From Spirochaetota bacterium (GTDB lineage Bacteria; Spirochaetota; UBA4802; UBA5550): a stretch of DNA of 64,000 bases. The DNA is taken from assembly GCA_963664815.2 (NCBI GenBank), contig CAXXHB010000003.1, forward strand, positions 2,176,001-2,240,000. The letters run 5' to 3'. The position numbers were made by a program, and so were the translations under genes. Of this stretch, positions 39,756-49,414 are shown piece after piece; the stretch's first letter is position 1; each line of letters begins with the position of its first letter. The notes under the pieces are model-generated. The model had not been told where the DNA came from and ran no database searches. It saw nothing but the letters and a program-made list of their open reading frames with translations.

Positions 39756-40808
39756 ATGACAGAAATAATATTCATACTATCACTTACAGTAATATTATCA
39801 GCAGTTTACACTGTTTCATTCAGATTACTGCCGGATGAAAAATGGCAGATCTTCGCGACAATACCGCTATATAAAACCGGTGACAACTCATGGCATGGGA
39901 TAAACATCACTTATTACGGTCTGCTCACCGCTACAGGTTATACTCTTGCTTTTACAATCTTTATAATTATGATGTCTGCAGCCGGTACTGATTCACTGTT
40001 CTTACTTGTACTGCTTGCAGCCATACTTCTCTTTTTTATACCATCCGCAAAGATAATGGCGGTTTTAATCGAGAAAAAAAAACATACACTGACAGTCGGG
40101 GGAGCAGTGTTTGTAATGTTTATCCTGGCTCCATGGATCATATCATGCCTTAACAGGGTTTCAATAATTACGCATGATCATCAAACGGCTGATATAGTCT
40201 TTTTCTCTTCACTTATTACTGCATACGCCTTTGGTGAGGGTTTCGGGAGGCTTGCATGTATAAGCTTCGGGTGCTGTTACGGTAAAGCTGTAAGCGAACT
40301 TCCGGTTTTTTTTCAGAAGCTTTTCTCGTATTATAATTTTGTTTATACCGGCAAAACAAAAAAAATATCCTATCACGACAACATGGATGGGGTTAAAACA
40401 GTACCCGTGCAGGCCATTACGGCAGTTCTATATACTGCATCCGGACTGGCAGGCCTGTACCTCTTTCTTGACGGGAAATACCTCTTTTCATTTTTTCTTT
40501 CATTAACCGTTACTCAGGTATGGAGATTCATATCAGAATTTTTAAGAGCTGATTTCAGGGGTTATGGAAATATATCAGCATACCAGGTTATGAGTATTAT
40601 GATTGTGCCATATTACATTATTTATACTTTTATATTCGGCATGCCGGATTATTTAAAACCGTCAATTTCACATGGCCTGAGCTATGTATGGAGTCCGGGA
40701 TTAATTATTCTGCTTTTAATCATGTGGATCGGATGTGTACTATATACCGGTGTCAGCAGTGTTACTGCTTCAACAATATCAATATATATAAACGAGGATA
40801 AAATCTGA
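39756..40808 (+). CDS. Divergent prolipoprotein diacylglyceryl transferase (Lgt)-family membrane protein
   Basis: GRLACISFGCCYG and WRFISEFLR motifs; multiple TM helices; HGG and HPSQLYE motifs not conserved. Confidence 0.7.
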   Translation: MTEIIFILSLTVILSAVYTVSFRLLPDEKWQIFATIPLYKTGDNSWHGINITYYGLLTATGYTLAFTIFIIMMSAAGTDSLFLLVLLAAILLFFIPSAKIMAVLIEKKKHTLTVGGAVFVMFILAPWIISCLNRVSIITHDHQTADIVFFSSLITAYAFGEGFGRLACISFGCCYGKAVSELPVFFQKLFSYYNFVYTGKTKKISYHDNMDGVKTVPVQAITAVLYTASGLAGLYLFLDGKYLFSFFLSLTVTQVWRFISEFLRADFRGYGNISAYQVMSIMIVPYYIIYTFIFGMPDYLKPSISHGLSYVWSPGLIILLLIMWIGCVLYTGVSSVTASTISIYINEDKI

Positions 40809-40888
40809 TTTATGTTACGTAATTACTGATGAACTCCGGCCTTATTCCCCTAAAGGGATCACTGAGATATCATTTTATAAACATAATT

Positions 40889-40938
40889 TTAATAAATTAC
40901 TTATATTTTCTTAACAATATTTATGTTTTTATTAAACA
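40889..40938 (+). promoter_or_regulatory. Pho-box-like array upstream of the PHP-glycosyltransferase gene
   Basis: TTAATA 40889, CTTATA 40900, TTAACA 40911, TAAACA 40933. Confidence 0.5.
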
Positions 40939-41052
40939 GAAAATGTTTAAGAGTAAAAAACATAACAATTTCTTTATTTTTAGGAATTATTAAAGCGGAT
41001 ATTCATTAAACATCAGGATAAACTGAATTTTGAATTATCACAAGGAGAATAT

Positions 41053-43704
41053 ATGAATTATAAAGAATCTTTCCTGGAGAGGATCAACAGGGAGATGTCG
41101 GTTTTCAATTTTGAACAGTCTCTCCGTTTTCCGAAAGATGACACCCTGACCATAGATCTTCACTGTCATGACAAAAACAGCAGTGAGCCGGATGAAATTA
41201 TCGGAAGAATGCTTAATATCCCTGAAACATGGCTGCCCACTGAAGAGCTTATAGAAACTCTAAAAAACCATAATTGCGACACATTTACAGTTACAAATCA
41301 TAACAACGCCCGCTCCTGTTATGAACTGCAGGATAAGGGATATGATGTACTTACCGGCTCAGAATTCAGCTGCACCGTTCCCGACTACAACACGAAGATA
41401 CATGTTCTTGCATATGGCTTTAACCCTTCGGAAGAGGAAAAACTGCTTAAGTACAGGAATGATATTTACAGGTTTCAGAGATTCGCCCTGGAGAATAATA
41501 TACCGACAATATGGGCACATCCCCTTTATCACTATGAAGAGAATGCGCGTCTGTCGATGGAGTTCTTTGACAAGATGTCTCTTGTATTTGAAAGATTCGA
41601 GGTTATAAACGGTCAGAGAGATACATGGCAGAATCTCCTTGTCAGGAAGTGGGTTGAATCAATGGGGAGTAATAATCTCGAAAAGTATGAAAAAAAATTC
41701 GGTATAAAAGCTGCAGATTACTGCCGTAATCCATACAGAAAAGGAATGTTCGGAGGTTCTGATTCACATATGGGTATATTTACCGGCCTTACCGGAACAA
41801 GGTTATACGTAAATAAACTGGAGGAGAAGCTTAAAATCCGATCGCGCAGTTCACTTGCGCTTGAAGCACTTCTTGACGGAGATTCAGCTCCCTTCGGCGG
41901 ATACAACAACACCGAAAAGATGACAGTAACATTCCTTGACTATTTCTGCCAGATTGTTATAAATATGAAAGATCCAGGACTTCTGCGCCTTCTGCTTCAT
42001 AAGGGTGATACGAAGGATAAACTCCTTTCATTTATGGCAATAAACGGTTTCGCCGAACTGCAGAGACACAAGCTTACAGTTAATTTTCTTACCCTGTTTC
42101 ACCAGTGTCTGAAGGGTGAAACCCCCGGTTTCGCAAAAAAGCTTATGGTGCCAAAAGACTACAAGGATATTTTCACTGAAGCTGCGTCCATGGCCGATGT
42201 CCGGAGGAAAAATCCGGAAAATATGGCTGAATCTTTTGACAGTTCAATAAAAAAAATACATAAATCGCTCTTTGACCTTATGTTCAGCAGGCTTGATTAT
42301 AAACTTAAACAGATGAATATAGAAGGGGGTACTTCGATAAAAGACGCTGAAGAATTCATCAGCACGCTTGAACTCCCTGTTCACTTCCGTAAACTCTTTG
42401 AGATAAGGGGTAAAAAAAGAAAGAACGGGATAACTATTATCAATGCCCCCGACTTTCTTGACGGCCTCACCTTTCCCTTCCTGGCCTCATCAGTAATTGC
42501 TGCCGCTGATTACGCCTCAAGCAGGGTAATGTACAAATCAAGAGAGATGCTGAACGCCTTCTCCGAAAAACTGGATGACCTTAAACTTCCGAAAAAGATG
42601 TTATGGCTCACAGATACATTTGAAGATGGGAACGGTGTATCAATGTTTCTGAGACACATGCTTGACGAAATAAAGGAGAGAAACCTCCCGATAGATATCC
42701 TTGTATGCAGCGAAGCAGTAAATCCGGAAGAGCATCTTGTTGTTATGAAACCTGCAGCGGTATACACACCCTCTTTTTACAAAGAACAGCCGATAAGGAT
42801 CCCCAACATTATGGATATTCATTCACATTTCAGGGATGGGGAATATGACAGAATTCTCTGCTCGACAGAGGGACCGATGGGACTTGTTTCCATTTATCTG
42901 AAAATGGCATATTCTGTCCCGGCATACTTCTTTGTGCATACGGACTGGATTACATTTGCCAGATCAACCCTTAATTTCAGTGACCCGGCAATGAACAGAC
43001 TGAGAAGAATCCTGCGCGGATTTTACAGGTCATACGACGGTGTTCTGGTACTTAACAAGGAGCAGAAAAAGTGGTTCAGCGGTCCTGATATGGAGTTTAA
43101 AAAAACAGAGGTAAAGCTTACCTCTCACTGGGTTGATGAAAAATTCAGAAAAACTGATGCATTAAAATCAGTCATGTTCAGCATCAGCAACGATAAACCT
43201 GTTCTTCTCTATGTCGGAAGAATCAGCGAGGAAAAAGGTGTAAATGAACTCCCGTATATATATAAACGTGTAAAGGAGGAATATCCGGATATGCAGATGG
43301 TAATAGCCGGAAAAGGCCCGGAAGAGGAAAGGCTTAAAACCGAAATGCCCGATGCCATATTCCTCGGATGGGTTGAGCATAATTCTCTTCCTGATATATA
43401 CTCCTCGTCTGATCTTCTGATACTCCCGTCAAGGTTCGATACATTCGGCAATGTTATCGTTGAGGCATTCGCCTGCGGATGCCCTGTGGTTTCATACAAT
43501 ACAAAGGGTCCCAGGGATATAATAGAAAATGAAAAATCAGGTTACCTGGTGAACACGAAAGAGAAAATGGCTGAAGCTGTTATCTCACACTTTAAAAAAG
43601 GAAAGGGGATGAATGCCATGAAAGAAGCAGCATCTGCAAGATCAAAAGATTTTACTGCGGACAGTATTATCGGGAAACTTCTGAAAGATACAGAACTTCT
43701 CTGA
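41053..43704 (+). CDS. PHP-phosphoesterase / GT4 glycosyltransferase fusion
   Basis: PHP motifs DLHCH, TNHN, HVLAYG, AHP, EVING, GGSDSH; GT4 motifs TDTF...NGV, YVGRISEEKG, DTFGNVIVEAFACG. Confidence 0.85.
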   Translation: MNYKESFLERINREMSVFNFEQSLRFPKDDTLTIDLHCHDKNSSEPDEIIGRMLNIPETWLPTEELIETLKNHNCDTFTVTNHNNARSCYELQDKGYDVLTGSEFSCTVPDYNTKIHVLAYGFNPSEEEKLLKYRNDIYRFQRFALENNIPTIWAHPLYHYEENARLSMEFFDKMSLVFERFEVINGQRDTWQNLLVRKWVESMGSNNLEKYEKKFGIKAADYCRNPYRKGMFGGSDSHMGIFTGLTGTRLYVNKLEEKLKIRSRSSLALEALLDGDSAPFGGYNNTEKMTVTFLDYFCQIVINMKDPGLLRLLLHKGDTKDKLLSFMAINGFAELQRHKLTVNFLTLFHQCLKGETPGFAKKLMVPKDYKDIFTEAASMADVRRKNPENMAESFDSSIKKIHKSLFDLMFSRLDYKLKQMNIEGGTSIKDAEEFISTLELPVHFRKLFEIRGKKRKNGITIINAPDFLDGLTFPFLASSVIAAADYASSRVMYKSREMLNAFSEKLDDLKLPKKMLWLTDTFEDGNGVSMFLRHMLDEIKERNLPIDILVCSEAVNPEEHLVVMKPAAVYTPSFYKEQPIRIPNIMDIHSHFRDGEYDRILCSTEGPMGLVSIYLKMAYSVPAYFFVHTDWITFARSTLNFSDPAMNRLRRILRGFYRSYDGVLVLNKEQKKWFSGPDMEFKKTEVKLTSHWVDEKFRKTDALKSVMFSISNDKPVLLYVGRISEEKGVNELPYIYKRVKEEYPDMQMVIAGKGPEEERLKTEMPDAIFLGWVEHNSLPDIYSSSDLLILPSRFDTFGNVIVEAFACGCPVVSYNTKGPRDIIENEKSGYLVNTKEKMAEAVISHFKKGKGMNAMKEAASARSKDFTADSIIGKLLKDTELL

Positions 43705-43705
43705 C

Positions 43706-45313
43706 ATGACTGAAACTCAATGGTGGAAAACCGGGGTAATCTATCAGATATATCCCAGGAGTTTTTATGACAGCAATGATGACGGGATTGGAGACCTTAA
43801 AGGTATTACCGCAAAGCTTGATTATCTTTCATGGCTTGGAATAGACGCCATATGGCTATCCCCGGTAAACAGTTCCCCGATGTATGATTTCGGATACGAT
43901 ATATCCGATTATTATGATATAGATACACGTTACGGCACTCTCGATAATTTTGACGAACTGATCATAAAAGCCCATGAACGCGGTATAAGAATTATCATGG
44001 ATCTTGTTGTCAATCACACATCATATCTTCACAAATGGTTTATTGAATCCCGCTCATCAAGAGACAACAGAAAACGTGACTGGTATATCTGGCACGAGGG
44101 TAAAAAGGGGGAACCTCCGAATAACTGGAAATCAGCTTTCGGCGGCAGCGCCTGGGAGTTTGACAACCATACCGGAGAATACTATCTCCATTCATTCTTA
44201 AAAGAACAGCCCGACCTTAACTGGCGTAACCCGGCCATGAGAAAGTCTGTCTATAAAATGATGCGGTTCTGGCTTGATAAAGGTGTAGACGGTTTCAGGC
44301 TGGATGTTGTCAACTGGTTTGTCAAGGATGACAGATTCCGCAGCAATCCATTCACCATAAAACCCCTTGATCCCGAAAAGCATAAATATGACCGGAACCG
44401 CCCGGAGGTGCATGAATACATTCGTGAACTGAGAGGAGTTATTAATGAATATAAAAGCAGGATGACTGTCGGCGAAGTTTTTACACTCCCGCCGGGAAAT
44501 CCGGAGCTCTCGGCTTCATTTCTGGGAAACGGTACCGATGAGCTGCACCTTACATTTGATTTTTCAATAATGTACAGATTCTGGAACGCAAGGCGTTTTT
44601 ACAAATGTATAAAAAAATGGTCTTCGGTGATTCCGGAAAACGGCTGGCAGTGCAATGTCCTGTCAAATCATGACCAGCCCCGGGGCAGAAGCAGATTTAT
44701 GGGTGGAGCTGATTCCGAAAAACGCGCAAGAGTCGCCGCTGTTTTTCTGCTTACAATCAAAGGCACTCCGTTTTTATATTATGGAGAGGAGCTTGGCATG
44801 AAGAATACCCGGCTAAACAGAAATGAAATAGTTGACCCCTTAGGAAAAAAATACTGGCCGGTATACAGAGGCAGAGACTGTTCCCGGACTCCAATGCTCT
44901 GGTCAGGGAAACATAATGCCGGCTTTTCGCAGGTCAAACCCTGGCTCCCTGTAGACAGCGATTATAAAAAAATCAATGTAAAAACCCAGACAGCCGACAG
45001 ATATTCCATTCTTAACCATTATAAAAACGCCATTCAACTCCGTAAATCCCATAAAGCTCTTTCTGAAGGTGATTTCACACCGCTCCTGAGAGGATTCAAT
45101 AATGTACTCGGTTATTTCAGAATTCATGATAATGAAACTTTTTTTATCATTCTGAACTTTTCGTCTAAAGAAAAGAGCGTTCATGCCGGACACTCTGCCC
45201 AGTGGAGGGTAATGTTATCCACCCACCGGACGCGTTATGAGCATTTCACCTCGTTGAACATGAATCTGGCTCCATACGAGGCTACTGTGCTTATGAGAAT
45301 AGGTGAGCTATGA
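43706..45313 (+). CDS. GH13 alpha-glucosidase / oligo-1,6-glucosidase
   Basis: YQIYPRSF, DLVVNHTS, QPDLNW, DGFRLD, VGE, SNHD. Confidence 0.92.
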   Translation: MTETQWWKTGVIYQIYPRSFYDSNDDGIGDLKGITAKLDYLSWLGIDAIWLSPVNSSPMYDFGYDISDYYDIDTRYGTLDNFDELIIKAHERGIRIIMDLVVNHTSYLHKWFIESRSSRDNRKRDWYIWHEGKKGEPPNNWKSAFGGSAWEFDNHTGEYYLHSFLKEQPDLNWRNPAMRKSVYKMMRFWLDKGVDGFRLDVVNWFVKDDRFRSNPFTIKPLDPEKHKYDRNRPEVHEYIRELRGVINEYKSRMTVGEVFTLPPGNPELSASFLGNGTDELHLTFDFSIMYRFWNARRFYKCIKKWSSVIPENGWQCNVLSNHDQPRGRSRFMGGADSEKRARVAAVFLLTIKGTPFLYYGEELGMKNTRLNRNEIVDPLGKKYWPVYRGRDCSRTPMLWSGKHNAGFSQVKPWLPVDSDYKKINVKTQTADRYSILNHYKNAIQLRKSHKALSEGDFTPLLRGFNNVLGYFRIHDNETFFIILNFSSKEKSVHAGHSAQWRVMLSTHRTRYEHFTSLNMNLAPYEATVLMRIGEL

Positions 45314-45337
45314 CTTCACAACCATATTTCAGATTAA

Positions 45338-46075
45338 TCATGGAATCAATATTTTTTCCTTTTCCGGAACTGAATTCATTTCATTATCAGGCACATATAT
45401 TATTTCCGCACCACCCTCACCCTTAAGAAGCCTGAAAGCGTTATCAATGGCGGCTGCAATATCCTTTGCCGGTTCAGAAGATATATCCCCATGACCTGGA
45501 TAAATCTCATTAATCTGTCTTGTCTGAAGTGACTTAAGAGAGTTTATATAATCCCCTATACTTCCCGATTCCGCTATTACCGGAAGTTTTCCACCCGAAA
45601 ACAGAGTATCCCCCGTAAACATGAATTTTTTTTCAGGTTCATAAACACATATTGATCCTGAAGTATGGCCCGGAGTATGAATAATATCAAGGGCATAATT
45701 ACCAAGGTCAATTCTGCTCCTGCTCTCCAGCCATAAGTGAACATGCATCGATATATCATTAGCATCCCCCGACCTGTAGAGAGTTACATACCTGTCATCA
45801 TAGGCCATTTTGGTAGCTGCAAACCTGTGGGCCGCAATAAGCGCATGTTCCTGAAAATACCTGTTTGCTCCGATGTGATCAAAATGTTCATGTGTATTAA
45901 CTACAACATAAATATCCCTTACCTTCATTCCGATATAATGAAGCGATTCCTTCAGATCAGAGTAGTTGCTGTCAAGACCCGAATCGATCAGCATATTACC
46001 CCGGGTTCCCCGTATTACATAGCTGTGACTCCCTCTGTTTTTCCCGCGCAGCCTGAAAACTCCGTCATGAAGCAT
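45338..46075 (-). CDS. MBL-fold metallo-hydrolase
   Basis: THEHFDHIG, TPGHT, FTGD, PGHG; start moved to MLHDG behind an AGGAG RBS. Confidence 0.85.
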   Translation of the reverse strand: MLHDGVFRLRGKNRGSHSYVIRGTRGNMLIDSGLDSNYSDLKESLHYIGMKVRDIYVVVNTHEHFDHIGANRYFQEHALIAAHRFAATKMAYDDRYVTLYRSGDANDISMHVHLWLESRSRIDLGNYALDIIHTPGHTSGSICVYEPEKKFMFTGDTLFSGGKLPVIAESGSIGDYINSLKSLQTRQINEIYPGHGDISSEPAKDIAAAIDNAFRLLKGEGGAEIIYVPDNEMNSVPEKEKILIP

Positions 46076-46100
46076 TTTAACATCTCCTGCAACCACAGTT

Positions 46101-46439
46101 TTAAACCTCCATTCCAGCATGGACAGCCGGTTCATCAAAAATAAACAATCTCTTCAGACCGGTTACGTTAAGATATTTTTTTAATGATAATCCCGTTGAC
46201 CGTATTTTCAGAATACCACCCGCCTGCTCCACCTCTTTTTTAAAGGAATTAATCAACGCCACATGATAAAACATCTCTCTTCCATCCTCAAGACCATCGA
46301 CATCGAGAATAACTGTTTCCGGATAGTTGATTTCAAGCCCCCTGATAAATGAACCGGCAGACATAACAGTTCCCCCGTCGATTTTTCCTTTTACTTCAAC
46401 AATTGTATGATCTTTCATCTTTCGGAATTTATAATCCAT
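46101..46439 (-). CDS. STAS-domain protein (anti-sigma-factor antagonist-like)
   Basis: IVEVKGKID, VILDV, LNVTGL..LF pattern; canonical DSSG phospho-Ser motif not evident. Confidence 0.6.
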   Translation of the reverse strand: MDYKFRKMKDHTIVEVKGKIDGGTVMSAGSFIRGLEINYPETVILDVDGLEDGREMFYHVALINSFKKEVEQAGGILKIRSTGLSLKKYLNVTGLKRLFIFDEPAVHAGMEV

Positions 46440-46547
46440 TTTTCACTCCATTGGTTTTTTAATGCACTGTAAACATACCAATAAAGCGTCAGTATTTATT
46501 AAGGATATTATCAATTTATAATAAATTTTCACATCCGGACAATTCAT

Positions 46548-48266
46548 TCAAATTCTGAAAAGAGCCACCTTTCCCATAAGCTTTTCAGACATGGCCGTTA
46601 CCTCTTCGGCTCCGGAAGCAAGCTCCTCAGAACCTGAACTGATTACTTCAGTTCCATGATTAATTTTATCCATCAGTTTATTTATCTCCATTACAGATTG
46701 CTTCTGTTCTCTTGTTGTTTTCCTTATTACATCGGACATGTTGCGTATTTCATAAGCCTCCTGCTGTATACTCTCCTTGGTTCCAAGCTGTTTTTTTATC
46801 TGTACCTCAAGCCCTTCTATCCACGCCCTGATATTATTAAAACCCCCGATAATTACCCCTATCACTTTCACAGTTGTTTCAACATGAACATGCGAATCCC
46901 CAAGCTCACGCTCATTGTCTTTTATTATTCTGCTTATTTCATTTATACTTCTTGAAGTCGCATCGGCAAGTTTTGATATTTCACCGGCCACTACTGCAAA
47001 ACCGCGACCTGCATATCCTGCCCTTGCCGCCTCAATTGCCGCATTAAGTGAAAGAAGATTAACGCTGTCCGATATTTCATTTATCATTGTTACAATATTA
47101 TTCATATCAGATGAACGATCTTCAAGCCTTGTAATGCTGCCGAGCATTTTTTTAAGCGACAAATCACCTTTTTCAGCATTTTCCGATATGAATTCAATAA
47201 TCTCAACTGCGTCAGCCGCTTTTTCATCAATACTGTGGATAATCTCCGAAAGAGTGCTCATAATCTGTATGAGATTATTCATTTTCTCAAATTCATTATC
47301 AATCTGAACCGCTACATTTTCTACATCGCCCGTTATCCGCTTTACTGTTTTTGCAACTTCCATGGAAGAATTATTCTGGTCCTCGGCTTTTTCTGCAAAT
47401 GATACCGATATTGCAGAGAGCTCCTCTGCTGATGCAGAAAGATTTATTGAGGTTTCGTTAATTTCTATAATAACTCCTTTTATATTTTTCACGAAGCTGT
47501 TAAAATGACTTACCATCAATCCTATTTCATCCTCAAACTCGGTATGAAGCACAGTGTTAAGATCGCTGTTTGAAATACCTTCAACAATGTCCTGTATAGG
47601 TTTTGAAATATCACGTGCAAACAGAAAAAGCATTCCAACAGCAATAGCCGATATAATCATAGCTGCAATTATGACTTTAATATAAAGAGTAAATATCTCG
47701 TTTCTGATATCTTCGATGTAAACCGATGATCCGACTATAAGATTAAAGGGCTGGTAATATTTCACATATGAGATTACAGTGACTAATCTGGTCACCTCAG
47801 ATTTATACTGTGCATTATACTCTATAAATCCCTCTCCGCTCTTTCTGCATATTTCAATCATTCTGCTGTATGCATCCTTTTTTCCGGCATCAGTGAACGA
47901 AGAAATGTTTTTCCCCACAAGATCCTCTCTGTACGGCATTGAGTTGATTACGCCGTCAGATTTAATCAGCCATACAAAATCCGAATGATCTGCGCCATAC
48001 CTGAACTTTCCTGTATAATAGACTGCCCTGTTCTCAGCTTCATCCACATCCATACGTCCGTTCTCAGATTCAAATTTAAGCGCATCCATAAGACTTATTG
48101 ATATATCTACAATATCCCTGAGCTCTCTTTTTTTCTTTTCCATGCTTTCGGTTTTTATTGATGGTATAAAATATAACATAGTTATTAAGGCAAAAAGAAA
48201 TATGAACGATATACCCATAAAAATAATTTTATTTTTTAATTTTATACGACGCCAGAATCTTATCAT
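46548..48266 (-). CDS. Methyl-accepting chemotaxis protein with single Cache sensor domain
   Basis: TM-Cache-TM-HAMP; [26 protein letters not shown]; start at MIRFW (GGAGA RBS). Confidence 0.92.
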   Translation of the reverse strand: MIRFWRRIKLKNKIIFMGISFIFLFALITMLYFIPSIKTESMEKKKRELRDIVDISISLMDALKFESENGRMDVDEAENRAVYYTGKFRYGADHSDFVWLIKSDGVINSMPYREDLVGKNISSFTDAGKKDAYSRMIEICRKSGEGFIEYNAQYKSEVTRLVTVISYVKYYQPFNLIVGSSVYIEDIRNEIFTLYIKVIIAAMIISAIAVGMLFLFARDISKPIQDIVEGISNSDLNTVLHTEFEDEIGLMVSHFNSFVKNIKGVIIEINETSINLSASAEELSAISVSFAEKAEDQNNSSMEVAKTVKRITGDVENVAVQIDNEFEKMNNLIQIMSTLSEIIHSIDEKAADAVEIIEFISENAEKGDLSLKKMLGSITRLEDRSSDMNNIVTMINEISDSVNLLSLNAAIEAARAGYAGRGFAVVAGEISKLADATSRSINEISRIIKDNERELGDSHVHVETTVKVIGVIIGGFNNIRAWIEGLEVQIKKQLGTKESIQQEAYEIRNMSDVIRKTTREQKQSVMEINKLMDKINHGTEVISSGSEELASGAEEVTAMSEKLMGKVALFRI

Positions 48267-48415
48267 ATTTTCTCCGATATTCCGTATTATCAAATAACAG
48301 CTGATAACGATTTAATAATTCACTGTTCGTTAACTGCTGCAGTTAACAATTCATCAGCTTTACTGATGAGAATATCACCACCTTACCATACCTGACGCTG
48401 AAACAGATAAAGATA

Positions 48416-48443
48416 TGTTAATGGATTATAAAATATATATGAA
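48416..48443 (-). promoter_or_regulatory. Pho-box-like array upstream of the MCP gene
   Basis: Minus-strand TTCATA, TTTATA, TTAACA at 11-bp period. Confidence 0.5.
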
Positions 48444-48477
48444 GATTTACATATGACCTTTACAGATATATCTTTCA

Positions 48478-48506
48478 TTGACAGAAAACGGGAATACTGT
48501 TACAGT
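48478..48506 (+). promoter_or_regulatory. Sigma70-type promoter
   Basis: TTGACA-17 nt-TACAGT with extended -10 TG. Confidence 0.55.
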
Positions 48507-48512
48507 GTAATT

Positions 48513-48626
48513 CTGAATATACATGAGCTTATCTGTTGTACACGAAACCGGAACACCTGCATTTTGGTACGACAGTGCTCGCCAACCGGGGTGATAGCCC
48601 GTACCGAAGTGTCAGGAGCAAAAAAA
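48513..48626 (+). ncRNA. Candidate structured RNA, family not recognised
   Basis: GC-richer patch after the promoter; 9-bp stem 48533-48541/48567-48575, GAGC/GCTC extension, CGGG/CCCG hairpin. Confidence 0.3.
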
Positions 48627-48636
48627 TAATTCTATG

Positions 48637-48665
48637 TTGACAAACAAGCTATTTGTCTGTATCAG
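48637..48665 (+). promoter_or_regulatory. Promoter of the HEPN-MNT pair with overlapping inverted repeat
   Basis: TTGACA-17 nt-TATCAG; GACAAA-N7-TTTGTC overlapping the -35. Confidence 0.4.
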
Positions 48666-48699
48666 TTAATTAAAATTATTGATAAAAAATTATTCATCT

Positions 48700-49080
48700 A
48701 TGATTGATATAAGCAAACAGATAACTTTCTGGCAGGATGGGGCTTCTGAAGATTTCGAAGTATCCCGGGAACTAATATTAAATAAAAGAATTCGCCAGGG
48801 ATTATTTTTTCTTCACCTTTCTCTGGAAAAACTGATAAAAGCGCATGTTTGTAAAAATATAGATGACATCGCCCCCAGAATTCATAATTTAACCCGATTG
48901 TCTGAAATGACATCACTCTGCCTTGAGCAGGATTATAAGGATATATTTGCAGAATTGAACGCCTTTAATATTGAAGGGAGATATCCTGATTCCAACATTG
49001 TCCCTGTTTCACAGAATGAAGCAATTGATTATCTCAGTCGTGCTGAAAAGGTATTTAAATGGTTGATGAATCAGTTATAA
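48700..49080 (+). CDS. HEPN-domain protein
   Basis: FFLHLSLEKLIKA, PRIHNL, EGRYP; start set at MIDISK (TTG at 48679 is the alternative). Confidence 0.85.
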   Translation: MIDISKQITFWQDGASEDFEVSRELILNKRIRQGLFFLHLSLEKLIKAHVCKNIDDIAPRIHNLTRLSEMTSLCLEQDYKDIFAELNAFNIEGRYPDSNIVPVSQNEAIDYLSRAEKVFKWLMNQL

Positions 49081-49388
49081 CAATTGTTAAAAATTATTTG
49101 AATAAACTGGAAGACTCCGGATTTGAAAAATGTTTTGCAGTAATTTATGGTTCGCAGGTAACAGGTAGAAGTGACGTCTGGAGTGATATAGACCTGCTTG
49201 TTGTCTCTCCATTATTTGACAGGGGCATCAAAAGGGAACATGTTAATATGCTCTGGCGTATAGCAGCCGGCATAGACAGCCGTATTGAACCCGTTCCCGT
49301 TGGCAGGCTTCAATATGATACAGATGACGGAAATGCCATAATAGAAATAGCAAGACGCCACGGACAAATAATATCACCTGCGGCATAA
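49059..49388 (+). CDS. Minimal nucleotidyltransferase (MNT) domain protein
   Basis: YGSQVTG...SDIDLLVVS; overlaps the HEPN gene. Confidence 0.85.
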   Translation: MVDESVITIVKNYLNKLEDSGFEKCFAVIYGSQVTGRSDVWSDIDLLVVSPLFDRGIKREHVNMLWRIAAGIDSRIEPVPVGRLQYDTDDGNAIIEIARRHGQIISPAA

Positions 49389-49414
49389 TATTTTACTGCA
49401 CAGTCATTTCCTTA

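Noticed and set aside
48320-48410. CTGATGAG...GAAAC as a hammerhead ribozyme
   Set aside because: Stems I and II cannot be formed around the core motifs
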